Shown here: positions 1 through 12,618 of the stretch, one piece after another
Layout: every line of letters starts with the position of its first letter
How positions within the stretch are numbered: position 1 is the first letter of the stretch
Assembly: GCA_964016885.1 (NCBI GenBank)
Contig: OZ024742.1
Span: 306,404,001-306,468,000, forward strand
Source of the DNA: Eledone cirrhosa
Taxonomy: Eukaryota
Reading direction: 5' to 3'
DNA length: 64,000 nucleotides
The notes under the pieces: generated by a model
The model's database searches: none
Told to the model about the DNA's origin: nothing
The model's input: only the letters and a program-made list of their open reading frames with translations
Program-made: the position numbers and the translations under genes

Positions 1-107
1 TGTCATATTGTTTTGTCTGGACATGTTGGCAGTAGTCCTGTTCCAGTTTTTTTAGCCAATTAGCTTGTCTGTTGAATCCGTTTCCCATACAGATCTCCAG
101 TAGCTGG

Positions 108-200
108 TATGTATGTATGTATGTATGTATGTATGTATGTATGTATGTATGTATGTATGTATGTATGTATGTATGTATGTATGAATGTATGTATGTATGT
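108..200. repeat. (TATG)n microsatellite
   Basis: Direct tetranucleotide run. Confidence 0.95.
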
Positions 201-1300
201 GCGTATGTATGTATATGTATTTGTGTGGGTATATGTAAGTATAGGTAGAGAAAATTACCTAGAGACATGGTATCATGCAATCACTGAAACCGGATTACGT
301 AATTTAGTGTCGGAGGCGTAAGAACCAAGCATTGCCTCTTCTGTTGTCTCCAGGTTATATTTATTTACGTCCCATTTGTGTTATTTTGCTAAATTTCAAG
401 CGAAAACACACGCAGATTTTTCACCAACTAAAATGTTTACACGTTCAACCAGCAAATCCTTAATTATCACTTTTTTGTCTCTCTCATTTACTCTTTCATT
501 TTTCTCTCTTATGCATAACTATTCACACATACTCTCTTTCTCTCTCTCTGTCATACACACTCTCTTTTTTTACACACCTCTCTCATTCGTCTCTTCTACT
601 TCGTCTCTTCATAATCCTCCGTGATCTATTTTGCTATTTTTACTTGTGCCTGTTCAACCCGTACATTTTCTTCTCTCTGACCGATTAACCGATTAATTCT
701 TCTTTTCCGATCTATATATTTCGTGTTTAGCTCCTTTGTCTCCCTCCTTCTACCAGAATAATTTTGAAACCTTTAACAGTTCAAATTCCTTTCACTCATC
801 CATTTTTCTTTCTTCGACCAGCCTTATTAGTAACACGGCCGATTCTCCTCCCTTCATTAGATTATGTTGTGTAATCGTAAAGATATTAATGTATTGCCTT
901 TCAGCGTTTTCAATTCCAATATGTACTGTATTCGTCTCACTTTCTTGATTTATATTTATATTCAAAATTATCTCACCATTTCGTCAGCCTGCTTTTTCTT
1001 TCCAGCACTCTTCTGTCTGTTATTGTTAATCTTCGTGGGTAAATTTTGTTTTTTTCCTTAATATTGTATTGTCCCAGCTTTGTTGAAAGACACTTGCTGT
1101 GTCTATATTCGTTTTTGTGCTGTTCATTCGCTAGTAGCTATAGCTTTGTAATTTACTGATGCAGTATTACCCTAACATCGAAAGTGGATTACAAAACATA
1201 TAAAGGATAACGGATGTCGAATGTATGGTTTCCTGTGTTTTATGTGTCTGAATCTTCCATAAGTATTTGTGTCAACGTTGTTCTATTTTGTTCTCTCTAT

Positions 1301-1391
<91 letters not shown>

Positions 1392-1393
<2 letters not shown>

Positions 1394-1775
1394 GTTTACC
1401 TGTAGCCATACCGTTTTTCTTTAGAAATACGAAATTTCTATACGTATCTATATACAGCTATGCCTGAAGCTAAAGACTAATTCTATTGTATCATTAGTTG
1501 AGCCAACTTATACAGCTTCATATGCAAATGAGATTAATCACCTCATTTACACAGACGATAAAACTATATATTCTCGACTGTTTTTCAAGTCCAGAAGTCG
1601 CATATGTGGGAGGGATCATCCTCATGAGGACTAGTTAAGTCCGAAATGCATCGACGATTATCCCCTAGCTTCTGCTGGACACCACCAGAGGGCGTTAAAC
1701 CCGGTGTTTTTGCATAGCTACGGCTTTCTAAATGTTTACCTGTAAACATACCGTGTTTCTTTAGAAATACGAAAT
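1392..1775 (+). mobile_element. Terminally redundant 340-bp HHR-containing module (PLE pseudo-LTR / non-LTR retrozyme-like) between (TA)n tracts
   Basis: 44-bp imperfect direct repeat ATGTTTACCTGTA..CATACCGT.TTTCTTTAGAAATACGAAAT at 1392-1435 and 1732-1775; internal HHR motif. Confidence 0.7.
1615..1658 (+). ncRNA. Minimal type-I hammerhead ribozyme motif, degenerate core (CUCAUGA)
   Basis: ATCATC-CTCATGA-GGAC tagttaa GTCC-GAAA-TGCA-TC-GACGAT: stem I (1 mismatch), 4-bp stem II, palindromic TGCA stem III, AUC site; G5>C. Confidence 0.7.
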
Positions 1776-1814
1776 ATATATATATAAAGAGAGAGAGTGT
1801 GTGTGTGTGTGTGT

Positions 1815-2085
1815 GGAGGCACGTGGCCTATTGGTAAGGGTGTTGGTTCATAATGTCGTGGGTCCGATTCCTGGGTTGCGTGTTGTATTCTTGAGCAAAA
1901 TACTTCATTTCACGCTGCTTCAGTATACTCAGCTGAAAATGAGTACCAGGAATAGGTGTTCGTGTAACCCTGCGATGGACTGGTGTCCTGTCCAGGGAGG
2001 AGTCTTGTTCCCTTAGTCGCTTCACTCCTTGAAACCGGGATAAGAAACGGCCAAATGAGCCTTCTGGCTTAAGACAGACTTTAGA
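1815..2085 (+). mobile_element. tRNA-derived SINE with Nin/Deu-like central domain
   Basis: A-box-like TGGCCTATTGG, B-box-like GGTCCGATTCC, CCCTGCGATGGACTGGTGTCCTGTCCAGGGAG central motif. Confidence 0.75.
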
Positions 2086-2119
2086 CTTTTTTTTAGATAT
2101 AGATATAGATAGATAGATA

Positions 2120-2248
2120 AATTTCATTATTAGCCACAAGGGCACAAAAGAAGGGGACAAATACAAATGGGGAGTTTACATACAGGTATATGAAAATAAA
2201 AATATTAATAAAATTTTAATAAAACAACAAATAACAATTGAAATCCCA

Positions 2249-2319
<71 letters not shown>

Positions 2320-2530
2320 TCTTTCTTTATTTGTCACAGAGGCGTACACAAATGGGACATTACAAGACGGCGGGGGTTTTACATAAAAATAACTTTAACA
2401 TTTATAAATAACAATAACTATATATAATAAAATAACAATTGAAATCCCCAATAGGGGAGGAACGTTACTGCAGGGTTGTTTTATACCCCGTGGATAGAAC
2501 AACCCTCAGCACCAGGAACACGTTTTGTAG
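2120..2530 (-). mobile_element. Two related non-LTR 3'-end fragments abutting (GATA)n tracts
   Basis: 2122-2250 and 2322-2452 share TTTATT.G.CACA.GG..ACA...GGGACA...GTTTACATA...AATAACAATTGAAATCCC; both begin directly after (GATA)n; strand and class inferred. Confidence 0.45.
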
Positions 2531-2879
2531 GTGTTTCTGTCTTCCTCTATAGATAGATACGACGCCTAATATATATCACAAAATTGATAGTCGCACAGAG
2601 ATATAGAACATGCTAAGAAACGTATAAGAATTATATATATGCAAGGAGGCAGGGTGTGAGTCCCAACACGAGGTCAGGATGTATTTAAAGATTAATTGAG
2701 AGAAACGGAGATAGGAGATGAGGGTGGTCCATCTGGAACCCCATGAGGCGAGGTTACTATGCTGGAGGGAAAGCCCTTCTATTGATTATTTGCGTTCCCC
2801 CTCTGAGCATCTCGAGGCTCTCACTCAGACTGAGTCTACAAACTCCTGAGCCGCCTCCATTTGGGTGTAACTCCCGAAC

Positions 2880-3046
2880 CCTGGACCATAACGCACCAGA
2901 GTACTCAATACTTAGAGTAGTAGAGGGGGTAATAGGAAAAAGTATGACCCCCGACGGCAAAGATCAAGCCGTTTCAACGGCAATTTCTGGACTCCAGAAA
3001 TAGCCGTCGAAACGGCTTGAGTTCTGCCGTCGGGGTCATACTTTTC
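2880..3046. mobile_element. Fold-back terminus of the same family as 58240-60435; contains HHR 3' half
   Basis: Arms 2936-2991/2993-3046 with 1-nt loop; TGGACCATAACGCACCA.AGTACTCAATACTTA..GTAGTAGAG shared with 58264-58310; GAAA-CGGC...GCCG-TC-GGGGT. Confidence 0.85.
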
Positions 3047-3080
3047 TCTCTCTCTCTCTCTCGCTCTCTCTCTCTCTCCA

Positions 3081-3149
<69 letters not shown>

Positions 3150-4716
3150 TGGGATTTGAACTCAGATTGCTCGGATCCAGAACATGTACTGTCATGAAAA
3201 TACCACTGATCCAACACCTTTTTATCATTTATGATTTAGCGATCCCGTATTGATGAAAAGCAAATAAGGACCCAAGTATTTGACCAACACTTTAAGCACT
3301 CTGCTCGTATGATTGTATTTCAATGGTGTTTTGGTTTTTTTCATATTACAAAACTCAGTGCTTCGAATAATGTCTATGTATGTATGAAACATTAACTCCT
3401 GATAGGGGTAGTAGGGACCTCACATTGACATACTGGGTTTCTTGGAGTATCCTTACACCTGGCGGAGACCATCTCATCTTCATGTCTGAGCACATACTAT
3501 TTCTTCCAGTAGATAGAATGCTAGAGAAAGGAAGCGAGAAATAGATATAAAGAAATCACAGCACTAGACCGGTACTTCTTTTTATCGAACTCTAAATGAT
3601 GAATGACAATCATGAACTCGATGTGATTTTAAATTAGAGATTAGAAAGCCAGAACAAATACCCTAAATCATTCTATCCGACGTTCTAACCAATCTGCCAT
3701 TTCATCGCCTACTGGTTCGAATAAAAACCAGTTAACAGAATGCCCCCACATGGCCTCAGTTTAAAGAGTTAAACAATTAAATGATTAAGCATATGTATAT
3801 ATATATGTGTATGTGTGTGTGTGTGTGTGCGTGCGTGTGTGTGTGTCGGTGTCTCTGTGTGTATGTGTGTATGTGTACGTGTTCAACAATTACAATCCGC
3901 TAAACAGTTTCTCAAAATGTTTCCGTCTTACTAGATTAAATGACGCTCAAGATGTCAATCTGTTGGTTCGAACCCGTTACATAAAGGTTGCCAAGACAAT
4001 GTAGTATCTATTCGGCTATGTTGCGTCCAAACCACAAGTTAAATAAAAATAAATTTTATATGGTTATATTCGATATTATTTCCAGCATTTATTTCTCGTA
4101 TACAGATATTTGTCAAATCCCCAAGTAATTTCAAAGTGGTTCTACAGAACTCTCAATGAATAAATACATCGATTGAACTTCGGTGGTGCACGTGTTTCGA
4201 GCAACCATACAAACACACACGCATACACACACATGTATATATAAATATATATATACATTAATATATATATATGTATATCGCCCCTTGTCTTTGGGGACAT
4301 ATCTGAACTCCTTAAGCATGTCGTCTTATTCAACCAGACACTATATTTATTGTAAGTTTTTTAATATATTGAGAGTAACGTTTGTCAATATGTAATAAAT
4401 ATTAATATAATATAGTGTGTAATTTGCAAATTTACCGGTATATATAATATATTATGTTTTCAATTTATGCTGGATCGGTCTTGAAATGTCGAGTAGATTA
4501 GAAGGGTAAAGATTCAAGACGTTTTAAATATTGATAATCGAATTTTCTAATAATTATTCTGTGTTTGTCGATATTGCTCAAAACTGTATTGAGTTCACAG
4601 GAAGCGTATATGAACAATTTTTTTAATTAAATTGCTATGTACTTTGAGGAAACTAGTTCAATATTTAAGTTATATCGATTTCTGAGACCATACGGACACT
4701 TGATATATAGATTTTA

Positions 4717-4792
<76 letters not shown>

Positions 4793-4795
4793 TCA

Positions 4796-4846
<51 letters not shown>

Positions 4847-5247
4847 TCATATTTATTTATATATCTATACATATATATATATATATATATGTGTGTAAAT
4901 TATCTATTATTTAAAAGGTCATGTATAGCTGTTATTGTTGTTTAACACTATGTTAGTCTGATTGAAGCAACATATGATCAGAACCTTGCCACATGACTAT
5001 TCTGTGTGTTGGAAACACAACACCAACTATCCTGTCTTTCGATATGACATGCAAATATTTTGCCTGTGGATTTTATCAGATCGAGTGAACCTGGTAACTG
5101 TACTTCGTTGGTTGTTGCTGGGTTGTTGTTGGCTTTCCAATATTAATAGTTACATCGTCTTTATTTTGATTGCGAAGAGTAAATCAAGCTATTATATTCT
5201 CCAAATTATTGCTGCTACAAGATTAGACATCTAATGTTTAAAGTGAA

Positions 5248-5470
5248 ATAATTGTTTCTATTTTTGGCACAAGGCCAGCAATTAACTCAGTACATTACTG
5301 GTACTTTATTTTATCGACCCCGTAAGGAGGAAAGGCAAAGTAAACCTCGGCGGGTTTAAAGTGAAATAATTGTTTCTACTTTTGGCACAAGGCCAGCAAT
5401 TATCCAATGTATTACTGGTACTTTATTTTATCGACCCCGTAAGGATGAAAGGCAAAGTTAACCTCGGTGA
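5248..5470 (-). mobile_element. Tandemly duplicated 3' half of tRNA-derived SINE (Meta/MESC-type domain)
   Basis: Two copies of TAATTGTTTCTA.TTTTGGCACAAGGCCAGCAATT...TTTATCGACCCCGTAAGGA.GAAAGGCAAAGT.AACCTCGG, each preceded by GTTTAAAGTGAAA. Confidence 0.85.
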
Positions 5471-6196
5471 AATAATGATCTCAAGTTGAAATCACGCATC
5501 ATGTATTGCATCACTGTCTCTAAAGACAGAAGTAAGGTATTATTGGATTTGAAACCAAAACTTAAAGAGGTGGAACAAAATCCAACAGACAAGTAGATAT
5601 TAAACTTGGGTGGATTTGAACTTAGAATGCATGTAGAGGGACAAATCCTCTCAAGTCATTTTGTCTGACACTTCTACATATAATGAGTTTAGATAAAGAA
5701 TCGAATACATTCGATGCTGTTAACTGTTTGCGAACATTCAATATATGGGTCCATATAACAATACATATTCAGTCAATGATCTCCTTCCTCATTATATAGT
5801 TTTACCTTGAATAGTAGTTCACTTCTTTTATAGTATTTCACTGGGGCACTTCGGAAAGACGATATATGGTAGGAAATTGTTCTGATCACATGGTATGGAA
5901 ACCAATTTGCTTCTAGTGAGAAGATATCTTTCTTCCTTTCATAGTGCCTACTGAAATGAAGAGGCTATGTTGCCTAGTTACACAGACTACGATTTTGATA
6001 TGTGGGGATATGCTATGAATTCTTACAGACACATAACTGTATCAGCAGGAGACTGGATGTACATATGTGTGTAAATATTCGAGTAAATACATTGGTGTAT
6101 GTGTTTGATCCCGTGTTTGTGGATAGAAATGATGTGTGCATGTGCTTGTGCACGAATATACATCTTCATATACAATTAAACTTACACACACAAATG

Positions 6197-6228
<32 letters not shown>

Positions 6229-6375
6229 CGTGTGTTTGTGTTTGTGTGTCTATAAATACGAACAAATGCGTAACTATAAACATCTATAAGTGCATACATA
6301 TATACATATATACATGCCCACAATCATACATACATACATACATACATACATACATACATACATACATACATACAT

Positions 6376-6459
<84 letters not shown>

Positions 6460-7338
6460 GATTCTTTACATGTTTCTCTATCGAATCAATAAAATGAAGT
6501 GAAACGTTTAATCTTATAGAAGTATTTCCTTCTCCATTGTAACGTTAAAAGCGCGATAGTTTCCATTTCATGAAGTTATAAAACTTGCAATGTATATTAC
6601 GACGCGCAACGTTTTCAATTTTCCTTTAATGAGTGTAAATTATTACATAATATCTCCATTTCCTTTAGCTTCTTTGGAAACTGAAGCATTAAAATTTTAA
6701 ATATTTACTTGAAATTTATATTTCGGTGACTTCCTCGCGCTAACGTTAAATTACTCTAAAGACAGAATAAGGTGGCGAATTTAGAGACGTGTTACAACAT
6801 CGGATAGAATATCTTGTGGTATTACAGCCTTGTCTCTGAGCTCTGAGTTTTATTCCATCCCTCCTCACACGAAGTCAATTTGCATTTCATCTATTCGGGA
6901 TTGATAAAACTAAAAGGACGTAGTATTGAAATTGCGGAATTCTTAGAGTATGACACGAGATGTCTTGCAGTACCTTTTTCGGAATTTTGCCTTCAGGTTT
7001 CAAATCACTGCACGAGTTCACTTCCCATTAGCCTTAAATAATCACATGACCACGGGGGCACAAATTATTATAAATTCTGGAAGGATTATGGATATCTGCT
7101 ACGGAGGTGTGACGACAAATATGACAATTTTAGATTAAAATACATCAGATTATTTAATTTAACGTTTAGCTTTATGCGTTCAAATCCTATCGGCGTTCAC
7201 CATGCCTTTAGTTTCTGGAGGTTCCTAAAACAAATACAATTTCAGATATTTTTTATTATTCACATTTTATGTTCTGACTGCGCTTATAGTACATCATAAC
7301 GCCCCTTTTTCACTAAAGAAACGATATATAGCATTAAT

Positions 7339-7533
7339 CAGACCCGTCAACTCTCCCCGTCCGATGTGGAGATCACCAACCCACTTTCGGGTGGGTGAGA
7401 GATGTCTTGTCTTGTGAAATTGGCTAAGGATTTCATTATGTAAAATCTCCCGATTTTCCCTCATTCCTCCCCATTTCGGGGCACTCTTTTTCATGGTACT
7501 CCCCGTTTGGGCTTTTAGAGGTTGGCAGGTCTG
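7339..7533. mobile_element. 195-bp MITE (hAT-like CAG terminus), ATTAAT on both flanks
   Basis: TIRs CAGACCCGTCAACTCT / AGAGGTTGGCAGGTCTG; ATTAAT at 7333-7338 and 7534-7539; GC-rich relative to flanks. Confidence 0.65.
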
Positions 7534-7959
7534 ATTAATATTTTGGAGAAGATAGTCAAGCTGCATGTATATATTTTGTACCTATTCAAAAGAAAAAAGA
7601 AGCAATCAAGTATTTCTGTTCCAATGACACCACTCAAATTAGCTGTGTGCCACACTGAATACTTTTTTTTAATGTTTCTCACTAGTATAATACATTGATA
7701 TAATAAATTCTGACATTTTCTTTAAACATTCATGCTTGAAATGTCATACAATATCAATCCCACAAAATAGCAATAGTCGAAAAGAAGGAACAAGTAACGA
7801 TACTTGCTTAAATTATGAAACACTATTGGTGAATGAATGAATAATCTTCCTTGCTTCATCGTATTACTAGTTAATCCCCACCGTCAAAACCGTCAACACC
7901 TACTTTCATTTGAGAAGAGGGTTTTTCCGTTAAAATATTATGATAAAATATACATAGTA

Positions 7960-8065
7960 ATAATTGTTTCTACCTTTGGAACAAGGCCAGCAATTAGCCA
8001 GTACATAACTGCTACTTTATTTTATCGACCCAGTAAGGATGAAAGGCAAAGTTAACCTCGGCGAA
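7960..8065 (-). mobile_element. SINE 3' fragment (Meta-type family)
   Basis: Matches family consensus seen at 36388-36575. Confidence 0.85.
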
Positions 8066-8694
8066 TGCATTTTGTTTTGTTGTATTTGTCATCCTTTACC
8101 ACAGTACCACATTCTTATATACATTTCTCCTGAATTGTACCGACCTTTACTAGTTATCATCACATATTACATATCACACAATGCTTCATGTAAATTACAC
8201 TCCTTTATTCTCATCATGCCTGGACATAGCTGATATTACTATCACACTGACACTATTTAAATTATCGGAAAAATGAGCTAAACACTGGTGCCTGATCAAC
8301 TTCCTTAACCTGTCTAAAACTCAATATATATCCTAACTATAAGTAACATACATCAAATATATTCTTCAATCTAGATAGTTTCAAGTCTTCATACAACCTC
8401 ATATAGAATTTCATCATAATGAAGTCAACTAACACAAAGTAACTATATCTAATCTACAAGCTAATCTTCCTCACCATCCCAAATTCCACATGATTGACGT
8501 ATATTACCACAATCGATTTGCACACGATAAAAACGCCTTATACGCAAGTTCCAATTGATTCTACATAAGCACTACTACGGCTCTGTTTACTATGATAGCC
8601 ACACTAATGCATCTTAACCACACACACACACAAACACACACATATATATATATCTCTATATATATATGTGGTCCCTAACTACGCCAACTTCTTC

Positions 8695-9655
8695 TTTGGC
8701 TACGCCTAGGCCTTGATATCCACTTTTGTATCGGCGCTATATCTCTCTCCCATTAATGGCTCGACTGTTTTCAGTCTTTTGTCCATTCACATTCACCACC
8801 GTTTCCAGCATTTTAGTCAATTTTCTTGACATTTCTTTATGTATTGACCACACTCATACACACTCTCTGATATCTTACATAAGCCCACTGATTTCCACTC
8901 CTACCTTGACTTCACCTCCTCCCATCCTACCCACACCAAACTCTTCATGCTAAACTCCCAATTCCTTCAACTTCGTTTGCTCTCTAGCCAGAATCAGGAT
9001 TTCGAGATGCAGTCGCAAAATATGGCTTCCCGCTTCATCCAGCATGCATATCCTCCCAGACTGATCAAAGTTGCCCGCACCGACACCCGTGAAACTTATA
9101 GTACCAGAGCACTCTCACACCACCACCACCCTCCCAACACCCACTTTCCGTTCCCCCTCACCTACCAACCCATCACCCTACATCTCCGGCGAGATATCCA
9201 CCTTTGCTTCCGCACTCTCTCTTTTGACCCAGTCACTTCACGGTTCTTTCCAAACCCACCCACCACCGCCTTTGAGCACTCCCGTAATCTCTGCGGCCTC
9301 CTGTAGGTGGTTCTTTCCTTTCTTCTCCTACGACTCCACCCGGCTGCCGTCCCTGTTCTGTTCCCGGCTGTAATACCTGTCCTTTCATGTCTAATATCAC
9401 CACTCTCACTGGTACTACGGTTCATTCCGTATCCACCACTTTTCCACCCGCACATCCATCCACGTAGTCTATGCCCACCAGTGTTCCTTTTGAGGTTCCA
9501 TACATATCGGACCGTTTCATTGAACTCTTGAGGTACATGGATACCCCCGTCGCTGGTCATTTCAATTCCCAAGGATGCACTTCCCCACATCTCTCAGTCC
9601 TTTTTGTCCTTTACATCACGGAACACTTTCCTCACGCACCAGGACTGAGCTGAGT
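8695..9655 (+). pseudogene. Decayed Penelope-like element: RT C-terminus/thumb, linker, GIY-YIG remnant
   Basis: Translations VNFLDIS, KPTDFHSYLDFTSSHP, SQFLQLRLLSS, F...AYP..LI, FPLTYQP, FPNPPTTAFEHSRNL..LL, PVAGHFNS.G; frameshifts and stops. Confidence 0.85.
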
Positions 9656-9788
9656 TTTATTTACGACTCCAGTTTCCCTAATAAACTTAACTCCTCTCCC
9701 CAATTACTTTAATCTTGTACAAATACGCTCGTGCTTACTTCTCTACCCTTAGCCACTGTCACCCTTACCTCGTCCAAAATACATTGTA

Positions 9789-10015
9789 AATGACAATCAA
9801 AGAATGTTTTACTTTCAAACATTTAATCATTGACGATCGTTTCATCCTAGGACAAGGCCGAAAATATCGGAGTTGATAACAAAAGTCAACCACAGAGTTT
9901 TGATTTTATATTTGTGTTTAACATTTTTTATCATCTCCGATGAAATCGGCCTTGTGCTAGGATAAAACGATCGTCAGTGATTAAATGTTTGAAAGTTTAA
10001 ATACTCTTTGATTAT

Positions 10016-10020
<5 letters not shown>
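9789..10020. repeat. Fold-back (inverted pLTR) at 3' end of the PLE, followed by (TA)n
   Basis: Imperfect inverted arms about 9789-9893 / 9913-10020. Confidence 0.9.
9931..9980 (+). ncRNA. Type-I HHR motif, CCGAUGA core
   Basis: TCATCT-CCGATGA-...-(A)AAA-CGATCG-TC-AGTGA; the mirror arm retains GAAACGATCGTC. Confidence 0.6.
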
Positions 10021-10079
<59 letters not shown>

Positions 10080-10084
<5 letters not shown>

Positions 10085-10556
10085 TAAACGGAATAGAAAA
10101 TGCTGACAAATTGTTCACAGTTGAAAAATGGTTTAATTAGGAATAAAAGAGTATTAGTGATTGTATGGGTTAGTATTCAGTTGTGGTTTTAAGTTTTTAA
10201 GTTTTTACCGGTTGCGCATTTCTAAATGCTTTTCAAAAATAATTTTGAGATAGAGTGTCCGTGCTGTTTGCTCTGATCTGATTAGTTTTGGGAATTCTAC
10301 CTGTTTTTATGTTAAAAAAGTGGCTCCAGCGTTATTTTTGTGTTGCAAAAATGCTTGTGGTCAAAACAATTTTGATTGGTCGGTAGAGGTCATGTGAATG
10401 TAAAAAGTTGATTTTGCGCCAAGACTGTTTTTATGTTAAAAAAGGGGCTCCAGCAAAAATTATTGGTCAAAACAATTTTGATTGGTCGGTAGAGGTCATG
10501 TGGATAAAAAATTTGTTTTGCGCCAAGATTGAGAAATGACTCTTTCACAACAAATA

Positions 10557-10619
<63 letters not shown>

Positions 10620-10701
10620 TAGTAGTAGTAAGGTGTTCGATGCTGCGACAATGGCCAGCAGCGATGTGTGTCAAATGGCTATTAAGATAAGTGTGTGTGT
10701 G

Positions 10702-10777
<76 letters not shown>

Positions 10778-12004
10778 GCAGAGTAATTCGATGGTCAGAA
10801 AGAATGTGTCTGAAAGCAATGGGGGGTATTTTAGCATGTCAAAAGATATTTTTCAGCTTTTGTCTTATACGGAGAAGTGCGCGTGTGTGTGTGTGTATAA
10901 GTCTCTTTCTATGTTGATGTACGCGTGGGTATGTGTTTGTGTATATATGTGTGTGTGTGTGTGGGGGTGGACCAGTATTTTTTTCCCCTGGTAAAATGGT
11001 GTACATTATTCGATTTTTTCAGTAAAATCGGTTCTCTTAATAGAACATCAAAAATCTTAACAATAAAAGGTGTGAAATGATATTCACTATATATATATAC
11101 ATATACATATATTCACTACATATATATATATACATATATACATACATATATATGCACATATATTTTTTTGTATTGCACCATAGAGCATGTGTGTTTACGT
11201 GTGTCATTGTGTTTATATGTGGGTAGAGATGTGTGCTGATGTAGGTATGTATGTTGACGTGTGTATGTTGTGGGTTCGTATTAGGGAGAAGTGTTTAGAC
11301 GGGGTCCGTATTTGGTAATGAAGTAAGATTCCTTGCTGATGCGCTGGGTGTGGGTGGCATTATCTTTAAATTTGTAGAGGGGAAAGATTCTGAAGTTAGG
11401 ATGATTTTGGGCGGCACAGGTATCAATGTGTTCACTCAGTTGTATTTTCCTGTATTCCCGTATTTTAATTTGGGATCTATGGACAGTCATGCGTTGGCGG
11501 AGGCTGTTTTTGGTCTGGCCTATGTATTGTTCTCGACAACCTGAACAAGTTAATACATATATTAGATTTTCCGATGCACATGTGAAATTGTGTTTTACTA
11601 TAAATCGTTGTCCATCTTTGAAATAGAATTCCGAACCCTCTATTAGGTTGATGCAAATGCCACAGTTGGGTCTATCGCATTTTCTTACTGTGGGTTTCGT
11701 TGTTGTGGTTGGCAGTACTTTGGCATGTGTTAAGATGTTTTTCATTGACTTGGATTGTCTTTTGCTCTTTATGATATCGTGTGTTCGTAGAATTTGGTTC
11801 ATTCTATGGTCCTTTTTCAATACAGGGATGTTCTGGAGGATGGTGTCAAAGGCCTCATTGTTGAGGGGGTTGTGTGTGGAGATGTATGGAAGAGCTTTTA
11901 GTTTTGGTTGATTTACTTTAGGGTGTCTATTGTGAACAATTTGTCAGCATTTTCTATTCCGTTTACCAATATATAATAACTTGTGTGTTACACCTCTATT
12001 CTTT

Positions 12005-12008
<4 letters not shown>
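10080..12008 (-). mobile_element. 5'-truncated Penelope-like element with inverted terminal repeat plus tail, inserted in (TA)n
   Basis: GIY-YIG ORF; 40-bp inverted repeat 10080-10119 / 11932-11971 followed by about 37-bp tail; (TA)n on both sides. Confidence 0.9.
11281..11930 (-). pseudogene. PLE C-terminal linker + Cys-rich motif + GIY-YIG endonuclease (5' truncated, frame open)
   Basis: LPYISTHNP...CDRPNCGIC...FTCASENLIYVLTCSGCREQYIGQT..LRQRMTVH...ESYFITKY.P.LN. Confidence 0.92.
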
Positions 12009-12062
<54 letters not shown>

Positions 12063-12618
12063 TAAAAATTCAGCGAGAATCGTATTTCGGCGGGTAGAAA
12101 TAAGCGAAACGCAATTTCCGATTTATGTTGGCAAGCGCTCCATGGTCCAAAAGAGACCAGAGCAATAAACATATGTTATAAAGGCCATACAAACTGAGAC
12201 GGCGCTAAGAAGCTATCAACCAACTAAGCCAAAAAAACGAAGCAACCTAAACGGGTAAAAAAAAATAAATGAATGAAATATTTACCCGGACCCGTGGAAA
12301 CGAAGGTATAATCCAGTACAGGATTTCTGCGACACCTAAATCAATAATACTGTCTGCTTAAAAAAATAAGTTTTTGGTATAATCATCGAACAAGGATATC
12401 ACTTTCTCAACAGGTATTTTGTTCTGCGCCAGCGTTTTGAATCTCACAGTGTTTTCAAAGCACATGTGTAACTCTACAGGGGAGAAAACCTCAAAATTTG
12501 TCAAATGAATTTAGTATGTGTAAATAAATGCAAAATTTGCCAAAACAGCACAAATCGAATTAAGTCTCGACCGGGTAGTTTTTAAAATAAACTTAAGCAA
12601 TTAATCAATAGAATTATC

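Noticed and set aside
4180-4325. Minus-strand GAAACACGTG, possible HHR half
   Set aside because: No NUH triplet, no convincing CUGANGA or stem I
7339-7533. Structured ncRNA (RNase P/MRP-like)
   Set aside because: Conserved P4 motifs not found; TIR plus flanking duplication explains the pairing
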